Of a DNA stretch of 64,000 bases, positions 39,586 through 49,301 are shown in pieces. Position numbers and translations under genes: made by a program. Numbering within the stretch: position 1 is the stretch's first letter; each line of letters starts with the position of its first letter. Source of the DNA: Dehalococcoidia bacterium (GTDB lineage: Bacteria; Chloroflexota; Dehalococcoidia; GIF9; UBA5629); NCBI GenBank assembly GCA_050011565.1, contig JBEKIW010000002.1, forward strand, positions 64,001-128,000, in the 5' to 3' direction. The notes under the pieces were generated by a model, which was not told where the DNA came from, searched no databases, and saw nothing but the letters and a program-made list of their open reading frames with translations.

Positions 39586-42500
39586 CTACCGGCCTGCGGT
39601 TAAAGTGCGCTGCACCTCTCTGCTCAACTGCTCGGCATCAAAAGGCTTGTCGATATGGGCAACTTTAGTCTCGGAGAGGAACTTTTCGGTATCCGCGCCC
39701 ATAACATCGCCGGTGATGAAGACCACTCTCCGGGCTAGCGATTTGTCTATCTTTTGAATACGCTTGTATAGTGTCACGCCATTTATGCCCGGCATCTTGA
39801 TATCCACCAGGATGAGCTTGTATCTCTTGCTCTCAATTTTCTTCAAAGCATCAACAGCGTTATCTACAGTGTCTACCTTGTGACCTTCACCAGTTAGCAC
39901 CCGATTGACAACGTCCCTCACCACCTGCTCATCATCCACCACCAGTATCCTGGCTTTGACCGCCTTCTTAGGCTTTTTAACAATTGGCTCAGCCGGCTTT
40001 GGCGGTTTGGCTTCGGTGGCTACAGGCAGCTCAACGATAAATGTAGCACCCTTGCCCGGCTTGCTTTCGGCGTATATCTTCCCCTTATGTTCGGTAATTA
40101 TGCCGTAGCAGAGGCTCAAGCCCAGCCCGGTGCCCTGACCTACCTCTCTGGTAGTAAAGAAGGGGTCGAATATCTTATCCATGACCTCTGGCATTATTCC
40201 CGGGCCGTTGTCTTTGACGCATATCTTTATGGTGTTGTCGCTTTTCTCCGTCGTTATGGTGAGCCTGCCTTTGCCGTGAGCCAGCTTCATCTCCATCTCG
40301 GCATTGACGATTAAGTTGAGCAGCACCTGCTGTATTTGACCCGGGTCGACCACGGTTTCGAGCACATCAGGAGCCAGCCGTGTAACAACTTCAATGTTGT
40401 TGACCCTCAGGTGATAAGCTCGCAGGACGAGCGTGCTCTCTATAAGCTCGTTGATATCGGCCAGCTTTCGCTGCGGCTTGGTCTGGCGAGAGAAGGCCAG
40501 CAGCGTCCGTACGATGCCGGCCACGCGTCGAGCACCATCATTGATAGCTTCCAAATCGCTCCTGATGTCCGATGGGATGTCCTCTCGGCCCACAAGCAAC
40601 TGGGCATAGCCGGTGACTGCGGTGAGAGGGTTATTTATCTCGTGGGCAACGCCGGCTGCCATCTCGCCCACAGAAGCCAGGCGGCTGCTAATTTGAGCCT
40701 TTAGCTCCAGCTGCATCCTCTTCTCTTCAGCCATCTTGCGCTCGGTGATATCACGCCCAACTCCCCGAAAACCGATAATTTCTCCCCCCTGGCTGCGCAA
40801 AAGAGAAACCGAGGCATCGGCAAATCCTATACTCCCATCTTTTCTGATGAGTCCCCAGAGAAAGCCTTTATTCGGCTCGCCTGTTCTGTAAACCTCGTTA
40901 AAAGCCTGATACACGTGCTCGATATTCTCTTCAGCCGTGAAGCCTCGATAATTCATCCCCAGTAGCTCTTCTCTGGGGTATCCTAGATGGTGGCATACTG
41001 CATCATTAATGAAGGTTAGGTTGCCGGCAAGGTCTACCTCAAAATAGCTATCTTCTATCTCCTCCAGGATAGTCCGATATCTTTCCTCCGACTGTCTCAG
41101 GGCTTCTTCCGCCCATTTGCGTTCGGTAACATCACGGCCGACTCCACGCCAGCCGATTATCTCGCCACCCTCATTTCGTAGGGGAAAGATCGAGGTTTCG
41201 GTAAATGTTCGACTTCCGTCCTTTCTAATCATTTCCCGGGGAAACAATTCAACTGGCTCACCTGTACGATATACCTGATTGGAGGCCTGAGATACTCTTT
41301 TGACATCCTCAGGGGGTGTGAAAACCAGATAGTTCATCCCCATCATCTCTTCTCTGGAATAGCCCAGGTGGCGACACAGTGCATCGTTGAAAACAGTGAA
41401 GTTGCCGGCGAGGTCTGTCTCATAGTAGGACTCTTCCATATCCTCCAGAATACCCCGATATCTCTCCTCTGATCGTCTCAGGGCTTCTTCGGATTTCCTG
41501 CGTTCGGTGGTCTCCCGCGCCGCCGCTAGAATACCGACAGGCTGACCGTCGGCATCCCGAATTAAAGAAGCCTTGACTTCACACCAGACCGTAGAGCCAT
41601 TCTTGCAGGTAAACTCAAGTTCCAGCGTCTGCACTCTGGATAGGTCCTTTGACTCCAGGCTTTCTATGGCTAGTTCTTCCGTAAAAGCCTTCACCGCCGT
41701 CTCAGCGGATGAGGGGGTGAACAATTCCTCTAGAGACTGGGCCATAGCTTCTTCAACAGTATAGCCTCGGACTTTTGTAACAGACGGGCTCATATAGGTA
41801 CACCGCAGGTTCGTATCCACAATCCCGATGATATCACTCGCGTTCTCCGCAAGGTAGTGGTATTTCTCTTCGCTCTCTTTCAGCGCCTCCTCCATCTGCT
41901 TGCGCTCGGTTATATCTTTAACCGTTGCAAAGTAACTTATTACGTTCCCCTGCCGATCTTTTATCCAGGCGGGGCTCACAATCACTGGAAAGCGCTCGCC
42001 ATTTTTTCTCATGAAAGTCAAATCGAGATCCGCGAAGTCACCTGCCATGGTCTTCTGGAAGGCCCTGTCTATTTCTTCGTATTGTTCTGGTGGCCAATAG
42101 GGATGGGGTGGGCCGACTCCGATAAGCTCCTCTCTTAAAAAGCCGGTCATCTCACACAGGGCGGGGTTAACATCAATGTGAACGCCGTGGTTATCCAGCA
42201 CAGAGATACCGTCTCTCGCCGAAGTGATGAGGCTCTCTGAGAACTCCTTTGCCTCCCGCAGCGCCTCATCCGCCTGCTTGTGTTCGGTGATGTCTGCAAA
42301 AGTGGTATAGCCCTGGTAAGGCTTACTCTTTCCGGGTCTGAATTGTGGTGTGGCATATATGTTTATCCAGTGATACTGCTCATCTCCGGGGTTGAATACA
42401 CCCATAACCACATCTTTGACTTCGTTACCGGTTTTGAGTGCAATTATTGACGGGTGCGTCTCTCCTGGGAAATCGGACCCGTCTTCGTGAATAGCTTTCC

Positions 42501-43233
42501 CTCTGGGGTCCGTAGAAGTCCGACCCAACATCTGGTCAAGAGTCAAGCCAAGTATCCTTTCCGCCGCAGGGTTTGCCGAGAATATTTTGCCATCGGCAGA
42601 CTGATACACAACCCCCTGTGCCATAGTTTCAAAGAGGGTGCGGTATTTTTCTTCGGATTGCCGCAGCGTCTCCTCAGCTTTCCTGCGCTCGGTGATGTCA
42701 ATAACGGCAGTTCTAAATTGGTTTATGTTCCCATCCTTTTCTGGCATGCCCATGCTTATCAGTTGAGCAGGGAATAGGGTGCCATCGGCTTTCAGCATCT
42801 TGAGCTCACAGTTGCCTTTGATGCCGGTTTTGAGCACTTCTCTCCAGTGGAAGTAGAACGCATCCTGAGAATCTGGCGAAATAGACGAAGTGAATTGAGT
42901 CCCTATCAATCTATGTTTTTCACTCCCCAGTAGCTCACTGCCGGCAAGATTCACATCTACGATCAGACTATTGTGGTCAAGAGTGAAATACCCAGTTGGT
43001 GCGAAATCATACAGATTCAGATACCTATCCCGTGCCTCCTGCAGTTCAAGTTGAGTTCGGCGAAGCTCCTCATTCTGCAATTCCAGTTCAATCTGGTATA
43101 CGTTGAGCTCCTGAACTAGCTTCTGAATATCAGCAGGCACCATGGTTAGAATAGCCTGAGGGCCTTCAGCCAGCATTTTTTCTGCTCGTTTGCGTAGTTC
43201 AGCGGCTCTTGCTTTGTCTTTTTCCTTCGCCAT
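39586..43233 (-). CDS. Cytoplasmic hybrid histidine kinase with six PAS domains and a C-terminal receiver
   Basis: Repeated DITERK PAC ends, HEINNP H-box, LIVNA, DNGPGI, FDPFFTT, GTGLGL, VVDDE...DIKMPG...KP. Confidence 0.95.
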   Translation of the reverse strand: MAKEKDKARAAELRKRAEKMLAEGPQAILTMVPADIQKLVQELNVYQIELELQNEELRRTQLELQEARDRYLNLYDFAPTGYFTLDHNSLIVDVNLAGSELLGSEKHRLIGTQFTSSISPDSQDAFYFHWREVLKTGIKGNCELKMLKADGTLFPAQLISMGMPEKDGNINQFRTAVIDITERRKAEETLRQSEEKYRTLFETMAQGVVYQSADGKIFSANPAAERILGLTLDQMLGRTSTDPRGKAIHEDGSDFPGETHPSIIALKTGNEVKDVVMGVFNPGDEQYHWINIYATPQFRPGKSKPYQGYTTFADITEHKQADEALREAKEFSESLITSARDGISVLDNHGVHIDVNPALCEMTGFLREELIGVGPPHPYWPPEQYEEIDRAFQKTMAGDFADLDLTFMRKNGERFPVIVSPAWIKDRQGNVISYFATVKDITERKQMEEALKESEEKYHYLAENASDIIGIVDTNLRCTYMSPSVTKVRGYTVEEAMAQSLEELFTPSSAETAVKAFTEELAIESLESKDLSRVQTLELEFTCKNGSTVWCEVKASLIRDADGQPVGILAAARETTERRKSEEALRRSEERYRGILEDMEESYYETDLAGNFTVFNDALCRHLGYSREEMMGMNYLVFTPPEDVKRVSQASNQVYRTGEPVELFPREMIRKDGSRTFTETSIFPLRNEGGEIIGWRGVGRDVTERKWAEEALRQSEERYRTILEEIEDSYFEVDLAGNLTFINDAVCHHLGYPREELLGMNYRGFTAEENIEHVYQAFNEVYRTGEPNKGFLWGLIRKDGSIGFADASVSLLRSQGGEIIGFRGVGRDITERKMAEEKRMQLELKAQISSRLASVGEMAAGVAHEINNPLTAVTGYAQLLVGREDIPSDIRSDLEAINDGARRVAGIVRTLLAFSRQTKPQRKLADINELIESTLVLRAYHLRVNNIEVVTRLAPDVLETVVDPGQIQQVLLNLIVNAEMEMKLAHGKGRLTITTEKSDNTIKICVKDNGPGIMPEVMDKIFDPFFTTREVGQGTGLGLSLCYGIITEHKGKIYAESKPGKGATFIVELPVATEAKPPKPAEPIVKKPKKAVKARILVVDDEQVVRDVVNRVLTGEGHKVDTVDNAVDALKKIESKRYKLILVDIKMPGINGVTLYKRIQKIDKSLARRVVFITGDVMGADTEKFLSETKVAHIDKPFDAEQLSREVQRTLTAGR

Positions 43234-43289
43234 TTTACCCCCCGTCCAGACAGAGTATCTTGCGATGTTTTACTGAAAAACTTCTAGCC

Positions 43290-46200
43290 TTATGAAACCC
43301 CCTTTTTATGCTGCTTTTGCTCTGTGATGTCTTCCATGGCAAGTAATATCATCGGCTCGTGCCCCTTAACCGGCTGAATTCTGCGTGCATTGAGCAATAT
43401 CGTCTTGTGCCCGACAGTGGGGAAAAAGTGGTCAACTTCATAGTCATTAAAGTGGGCCTTCTCAGGCAAGATATCTTCCAGAAGCTCCCTTAGCTTGGGA
43501 ATATCCCATTGTCGGTTACCTATCTCGTAGATAAGTTTTTTCTCTGTGTCCTCTTTGCTGACCTGGAACATATTATAGAAGGCATTGTTTGCCGAGATAA
43601 TCCGAAGGCCTCCGCTTAACACTATCAGCGGCTCACGCACCGTATTTGCGATGCTCTCGGCAACCTCCTGGGCAGCTTCGGCTACGGCAAGCTCTTTGGC
43701 GGCTTTGGCTGCGGCAAGCTCTTTGGCGGCTTTGGCTACGGCAAGCTCTTTGGCGGCTTTGGCTGCGGCAACCTCTCGGGCAGCTTTTTTCTCTTCCGTG
43801 ATATCTACCATAGTCAATACGAGACCTTGAATGACATTTCCCACAGTGCGATAGGGCAAAATGTGCAGCGTATATGAGCGTGCGTCCTTGGCTTGCACTT
43901 CTATTGACTTCGGGACCAGCCTATCAAGCACCTTATTCAAATCTTCATCAAGTTTATCGTATAATAGGTTCGATGTTACGTGGTGGATGGGCCGGCCGAT
44001 ATCAGATTCTATAAGATTGAATATAGTGGTTGTTGCCGGGGTAAAACGCCTGATGTGCAGGTTCATGTCCAGGAATATGCTTGCAATTTGTGTGCTATTT
44101 AGCAGGTTATTCAAATCATCATTCGTCTTGGACAATTCAACGGCTTTCTCCTGAAGCTCTGCGTTCACCGTCATCAATTCCTCGTTAGTCGATTGCAATT
44201 CCTCTCTGGATGTCTCTAGCTCCTCGTTGGTGCTTTGGAATTCTTCGTTGGATTTTTCCATCTCTTCCCGGGTGGTAGAGAGGGTTTCTTTGCTCAATGC
44301 CAGTTCCTGATCCAGTTCCACAATACGCTTATGGCTCCTTGTTGACCGAGCGCGCTTCGTTTTGGTTGGTGCTTCCGGCTCAGGAGAAGTCACAGTTTGG
44401 AACATGACGCTACATAACTTTTGCATTCCCGCCAAGCCAGCGATTGGACTTACTTTCAGGTCAACTAACTGGATATTGTCATCCTGCTTCACTTCAATCT
44501 TATAGCAGCTAGTTTCTTGGTCTTTAAGGAACACTGTACGAAGAGCAGACGCTAGTTCCGCCCTTAGACCTTCTCGAGCCATATCCAGGATGTTCATTTT
44601 AAGCGGTCCGGTTGGAAGTTCCAGGTACTTGCCGGTTTGGCCATGAACGTAGAGCACATCGTAGCTTTGGTCGACGACAACACATGCCGGGGTGTATTTC
44701 TGCAGAAGTATTTTGTTGACTATTTCCGCAATGTTGAATGGCTTGGCCGTATCGCTTTTCGGCTCGCCGCCTGTCTCTGCGGGCTCTCTCTGAAAAGCTA
44801 TAGGGCCAATTTGCATCTGCTGCTTCTTTAGAAGAGTCACTTCCCTGCGTTGGTAGATCTTCCATCTTTTATCAAGAACCGAGAAGAGGTCTGAGTGTTT
44901 TCCTATGGTCTCAGCAGAGCCCAGGAAGAGAATTCCATCTTTGTTTAAGGAGTAGTATAGAAGAGGCACTAGCCTCGCCTGCAAATCGCTGTTCAGGTAG
45001 ATCAGCAGATTGCGGCAGCAAATCAAATCCACCTTTGAGAAGGGAGGGTCCTTGATGATGTCTTGAACAGCGAAGATCACCCTTTCTCTGATTTCTCTTT
45101 TAATAATATATGTATCCTCAGTCTGTATAAAGAAGCGGTGTAAACGTTCCGGCGACACATCAGCACAAATACCAATCGGGTAAATGCCACTACGGGCTCT
45201 GTCAATGGCAGCATCATCTATGTCTGTAGCAAAGACCTGTATATCGATGCCTTGATTCAGCTCACCCAGACACTCTATGACAATCATGGTTATAGAGTAT
45301 GCCTCCTCGCCGGTGGCACAACCGGGAACCCATATTCGGAGCGGTGATCTTGAGGACCTCTCGGAAATCAAGGTTTTCACACGGCTCTTAAGAGCCACAA
45401 AAGCTTCTTTGTCCCGGAAAGACTGGGTAACGCTGATTAGTAAATCGCTAAAGAGAGCTTGCGCTTCCGCCGGGTGCTGCTCCAGAAAGCTAACATATCT
45501 TGCAATATTGTCTATCTGGTTAATGGTCATTCGCCTCTCTATCCGCCGGTTCAACGTTGCTGGTTTGTATTGGGAGAAGTCATGCTTGGTGTACTGCCGC
45601 AATAGCAAGAAGACCTTTGCTAAATAATCGGGGAGTGTGACTGTAGCTGTTGGACGTTCTTCAATAAATTCCTTTTTAGAGTATCCGGCAAGCGAAAACA
45701 ACCGAGCCGGCATTTCTGACGGGCGCAAAACAAAGTCGGCAAGACCGCTATCTATCGCTTGTCTCGGCATCCCATCATACTTAGCTGAACTGGGCTCTTG
45801 CACTATAGCCAGACCAGTTTCACCCCTTATTTCTCTTAAGCCCAGGGTACCGTCCGTTCCGCTTCCAGAAAGAATGATGCCAATAGCCGCTCTCCCCCTA
45901 TCTTGAGCCAATGCCCGAAGAAAGAAATTAATGGGGAGCCTTAAGCCATGTGGTTCTGGTATTTCCAACAAAATCAAATTACCGTGTAATATGCCCATGT
46001 TCTTGTTTGGCGGAATGACGTATATATTGTTAGGTTTGACTCCCATCCCATCTTTTGTCTGATAGACAGGCATATCCGTACATTTCTGCAAGAGTTCAGG
46101 CAGTATGCTGACGTGGGACGGGTCTAAATGTGATACCACGACAAATCCCATACCGGTGTCTGACGGCATATTAGTAAATAGTTCTTGCAAAGCCTCCAGC

Positions 46201-46358
46201 CCACCAGCAGAAGCCCCTATACCAACGATAGGAAAATCGGTTTTCCCTTTCTGGCTGAGAGGAGTAGCTTTTCTGACCGGTACAGTTGCAGGGGATTCCT
46301 CTGTTTTGCTAGAGGCCTGCTTGGTTTTTGGCTTCGCCCTGTCTCTTTTTATCGCCAT
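43290..46358 (-). CDS. CheB methylesterase / CheR methyltransferase fusion with PAS domains
   Basis: CheB triad GASAGG, VSH, GSGTDG; CheR WVPGCATGEEAYS, ATDID, CRNLLIY; EELETS.EELQSTNEEL coiled coil. Confidence 0.95.
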   Translation of the reverse strand: MAIKRDRAKPKTKQASSKTEESPATVPVRKATPLSQKGKTDFPIVGIGASAGGLEALQELFTNMPSDTGMGFVVVSHLDPSHVSILPELLQKCTDMPVYQTKDGMGVKPNNIYVIPPNKNMGILHGNLILLEIPEPHGLRLPINFFLRALAQDRGRAAIGIILSGSGTDGTLGLREIRGETGLAIVQEPSSAKYDGMPRQAIDSGLADFVLRPSEMPARLFSLAGYSKKEFIEERPTATVTLPDYLAKVFLLLRQYTKHDFSQYKPATLNRRIERRMTINQIDNIARYVSFLEQHPAEAQALFSDLLISVTQSFRDKEAFVALKSRVKTLISERSSRSPLRIWVPGCATGEEAYSITMIVIECLGELNQGIDIQVFATDIDDAAIDRARSGIYPIGICADVSPERLHRFFIQTEDTYIIKREIRERVIFAVQDIIKDPPFSKVDLICCRNLLIYLNSDLQARLVPLLYYSLNKDGILFLGSAETIGKHSDLFSVLDKRWKIYQRREVTLLKKQQMQIGPIAFQREPAETGGEPKSDTAKPFNIAEIVNKILLQKYTPACVVVDQSYDVLYVHGQTGKYLELPTGPLKMNILDMAREGLRAELASALRTVFLKDQETSCYKIEVKQDDNIQLVDLKVSPIAGLAGMQKLCSVMFQTVTSPEPEAPTKTKRARSTRSHKRIVELDQELALSKETLSTTREEMEKSNEEFQSTNEELETSREELQSTNEELMTVNAELQEKAVELSKTNDDLNNLLNSTQIASIFLDMNLHIRRFTPATTTIFNLIESDIGRPIHHVTSNLLYDKLDEDLNKVLDRLVPKSIEVQAKDARSYTLHILPYRTVGNVIQGLVLTMVDITEEKKAAREVAAAKAAKELAVAKAAKELAAAKAAKELAVAEAAQEVAESIANTVREPLIVLSGGLRIISANNAFYNMFQVSKEDTEKKLIYEIGNRQWDIPKLRELLEDILPEKAHFNDYEVDHFFPTVGHKTILLNARRIQPVKGHEPMILLAMEDITEQKQHKKGVS
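43653..43787. repeat. In-frame 27-bp tandem repeat, 5 units, inside the CheB-CheR gene
   Basis: GGCT(A/G)CGGCAAGCTCTTTGGCGGCTTT x3 with two degenerate flanking units; encodes (KAAKELA[A/V]A)n. Confidence 0.92.
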
Positions 46359-46425
46359 TACAAAATCACCTCATACTTGTTCCACAAGCACGTTACCTGA
46401 ATCCTGTCTCAAACTGAAGTACTGA

Positions 46426-46456
46426 CAAGGGCACTAAAGCTACTTTAGTGCCCTTG
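46426..46456. other. Perfect 14-bp inverted repeat at the end of the ParA fragment
   Basis: CAAGGGCACTAAAG-CTA-CTTTAGTGCCCTTG. Confidence 0.8.
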
Positions 46457-46814
46457 CTTCACCCCCACATCTCCTTAAACTTGCACTAAGAGGGGGAAAG
46501 AGTTCTGCCAAACCTAAATCGAATTCCGAGGGCGCTACATGGAGGTTTTCCACATCCGTCTCCAGTATCACCCGGGTTATGGAGACCCCTTCATGACCAT
46601 CACACCGGTCCAAGACCGCGTCGTACATTGAGCGTTCTAGTGCCATCAGGTCAATGCCCAAGCCTGATGTTGCATTGGCCTGGGGATCAAAATCTACCAC
46701 CAGCACCTTGTTGCCGCTTTTGGCGAGGTCGCCAGCGACGCTGAGGTACGAAGTGGTCTTTCCACCACCCCCTTTGTGACTAGTGAAAGCTATACATTGC
46801 GCAGTTTTTGACAT
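46440..46814 (-). pseudogene. Truncated ParA/Soj ATPase (N-terminal half only)
   Basis: KGGGGKTT Walker A and VDFDPQANATSGLG are present; similarity ends after about 105 aa and there is no Walker B region. Confidence 0.75.
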
Positions 46815-46818
46815 TCTC

Positions 46819-47010
46819 TTAGCTTACCTCGGTTTTTGACAGCCACACATCAACGGTATCTTTACGGAAACGTAGCTGCCGGCCTACCTTGCTTACTGGT
46901 ATTTGCTTCTGCCTAACTAAACGATAAACACTTGCCTTTGAAATTCGCAGATATTCGGCAAGCTCGGGGGTAGTCATCAATTCTGACTTTCTTTCGTTTG
47001 AAACTTCCAT
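46819..47010 (-). CDS. Excisionase-family (HTH_17/MerR-like) DNA-binding protein
   Basis: LMTTPELAEYLRISKASVYRLV...IP..KVG.QLRF.K..VD.WL. Confidence 0.88.
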   Translation of the reverse strand: MEVSNERKSELMTTPELAEYLRISKASVYRLVRQKQIPVSKVGRQLRFRKDTVDVWLSKTEVS

Positions 47011-47430
47011 TGGCTCTATTTTCCCCTTTTTTAGCAGTATTGAACAATATTGCGCTCTACCTAAATTAGAGAATCACTATTGGTTAACAGTATGCATAAT
47101 ATATCAATAGCAAACAGATGCTGGAAAGACCCATTTTGGCTATTTCTTATCAGGACTTTAGTCACACACCCGACGCTCCTATACACTCAAGAGATGTGAG
47201 ATTGCTTGAAAAGCCTCGGTAGCAGGTCAATGTGCACGAGTCGAGACCGCTAGCCACCAAGTGGAACAAGTAAATCAACTTTCGGAATTAACTTAACGCT
47301 TGTTTTTTCAATTTGGAAATTAAGGGCACTTCAATGGTGAACCATGTGCTCCCGTACGTATGATTCATTTCTCGCTTTTCTACAGTCCAGCTGAATATGT
47401 GATTTACCGGGGTAACAAATAGGCTCTGAC

Positions 47431-47596
47431 GAGATTGCCACGCGGAGTTTATCCTGAGGGAGATTCTTCGCGGCGTTTACCCTGAGTGAGATTCTTCAGT
47501 CACTTCGTTCCTTCAGAATGACATTAACGAAGGGCTCAGAATGACAGTGGGGAAAGGGCACAGAGAATGGCAGAAAAGGCGAAGGGCTCGCAATGA
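47431..47596. repeat. Nested palindromic elements (three levels)
   Basis: Left arms GAGATT... at 47431, 47460 and 47488; right arms ...(AG/GC)AATGA(CA) ending at 47523, 47546 and 47596. Confidence 0.75.
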
Positions 47597-47615
47597 TAGG
47601 AAGGAGTTGCTAAGC

Positions 47616-47646
47616 AAACAGGCTCCGAGGTTATCGGAGCCTGTTT
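47616..47646. terminator. Hairpin terminator downstream of the glutamate synthase family gene
   Basis: 13-bp stem AAACAGGCTCCGA / TCGGAGCCTGTTT with A/T-rich flanks. Confidence 0.8.
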
Positions 47647-47665
47647 TATTTGAGCAATGCAAAAT

Positions 47666-49258
47666 CTAGCTGGTGAGAATCTTGACTGCTTCTTTCCTGT
47701 AGGCATCCATGAGATAGGGTATGCCGGTGACCTTGGCACACTCATCGGTCAGAGACATCAGCTCATTGCGCGTAATCGCGGGCACGCTGAAGCACCTGGC
47801 GCCGGCCATCAACTGCTGTAAGCCAACCTTGATTTTGTCGGAGTAGCTGTAGATACCGATGGCGCCCAGTGGGATATTCTTCATTTCATTGGCGCCGACA
47901 ATGCTCTTTACCTGCTCGTAGCAGACGAATATTTCCTCGGGCGTCGAGCCGAACTGACTGACCGTATTCGGCAGCTTGCCATCCTTTATCCACTCGGCGA
48001 TGTTTTTACCGACCATGCCCGGAATCATCAAAGCCCGGCCCATGCACACCGCCTTGACAAAAGGTGCACCCAGAGCAAGTGCCTTGAATACACCGTCTTC
48101 GCTGCTGAAACCGCCGGCAAAGGCCATATCAGGCGGCCGTTGGCCTTTATCAGATAGTATCTTGGCGAACTCGTAAGCCGCCGAATGGAGATAGAGGCTG
48201 GGAATGCCCCACTCCTCCATCATCCGCCACGGGCTCATGCCGGTGCCACCCCCAGAGCCGTCTATGGTGAGCAGGTCTATTTTGGCTTTTGAGCCCCATT
48301 TTATAGCCATGGCCAGCTCACGCAGGCTGTAAGCGCCGGTCTTCAAGGTAACGCGTTTGAATCCCAGATTTCTCAGTCGCTTAACTTCGGCATAAAATCC
48401 TTCCTCATCGATGAAACCGAGGCGGCTGTGCCTTTCAAATTCCTTGAGTGCGCCTTCCCTGAAAGCTGCCTGATTAATGGGGTCCGAGGGGTCGGGGGTG
48501 ATGATATAGCCGCGCTTCTGTAGCTCCAGAGCTCGCTCCAGAGAGTTGACCTTGATTTCGCCGCCGATACATTTGGCGCCCTGCCCCCATTTCAATTCAA
48601 TGGTCTCAATACCGTGCTTTTTGATGATATATTCAGCGGTACCCAATCTGGTATCCTCGACGTTCATCTGCACCAGTATTTCACCGAAGCCCTGATGATA
48701 CCGCCGGTACACCTCTATTCGGCGGTCCATATCCGGCGCTGCAATAACTTTGCCCTTGGCATCGCGCTCCAGACGCGGGTCGATACCGCAAACATTTTCA
48801 CCGCAGACAAGCGTAACACCGCTAATGGCAGCGCCGACGGCAAAATGCTCCCAGTTTTTGCGCGCTATCTCTGTAGAGCCCAGAGCGCCGGTGAAAATAG
48901 GGACCTTCATCTTGACCTTTATGTCCCAGCCGTAATCGGTCTCTGTATTTACTAGCGGGAACAGAGCGGTATCCGGGTCGCCAACAACACCCTTGGGCAG
49001 CCCCCTGGCTCCCAGGGCATAGCCTTGGATGTTCAGATGCGAGTAATCAACGGGGTAGTCCTTATCGGCGCCGGCGGTTATTTCACCAAAGGGTCCAGGA
49101 TAGATTAATTCCCGTCCGCGGAAAGTGGCTTTGAAGACTTCACAGTTCCCCGTGCAGCCGTCGAGGCAGCGGGAGCAGATACCGCTTCCGGGGGCTACAC
49201 TTCTGGAGCGATTGGCGGTCCTGGTGGCTTCGTCTGAATTCGGTCGTTGTAAATTCAT
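47666..49258 (-). CDS. FMN-binding glutamate synthase family protein (stand-alone synthase-like domain)
   Basis: IELKWGQGAKCIGGE, TIDGSGGGTG, FAGG, KALALGA...V.MGR; N-terminal CxxCxxxCxxxC; no amidotransferase domain. Confidence 0.88.
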   Translation of the reverse strand: MNLQRPNSDEATRTANRSRSVAPGSGICSRCLDGCTGNCEVFKATFRGRELIYPGPFGEITAGADKDYPVDYSHLNIQGYALGARGLPKGVVGDPDTALFPLVNTETDYGWDIKVKMKVPIFTGALGSTEIARKNWEHFAVGAAISGVTLVCGENVCGIDPRLERDAKGKVIAAPDMDRRIEVYRRYHQGFGEILVQMNVEDTRLGTAEYIIKKHGIETIELKWGQGAKCIGGEIKVNSLERALELQKRGYIITPDPSDPINQAAFREGALKEFERHSRLGFIDEEGFYAEVKRLRNLGFKRVTLKTGAYSLRELAMAIKWGSKAKIDLLTIDGSGGGTGMSPWRMMEEWGIPSLYLHSAAYEFAKILSDKGQRPPDMAFAGGFSSEDGVFKALALGAPFVKAVCMGRALMIPGMVGKNIAEWIKDGKLPNTVSQFGSTPEEIFVCYEQVKSIVGANEMKNIPLGAIGIYSYSDKIKVGLQQLMAGARCFSVPAITRNELMSLTDECAKVTGIPYLMDAYRKEAVKILTS

Positions 49259-49301
49259 TTTTCTTTACTCCTTTTTATTTTTGGTTTTTGCTTTTTTATC
49301 T

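Noticed and set aside
47292-47363. Possible recombinase C-terminal remnant or att site at the island edge
   Set aside because: Only about 23 codons of vague resemblance, and no matching direct repeat was found near 39430-39585.
47536-47745. 69-aa minus-strand ORF
   Set aside because: It overlaps the glutamate synthase 3' end, the terminator and the nested repeats.
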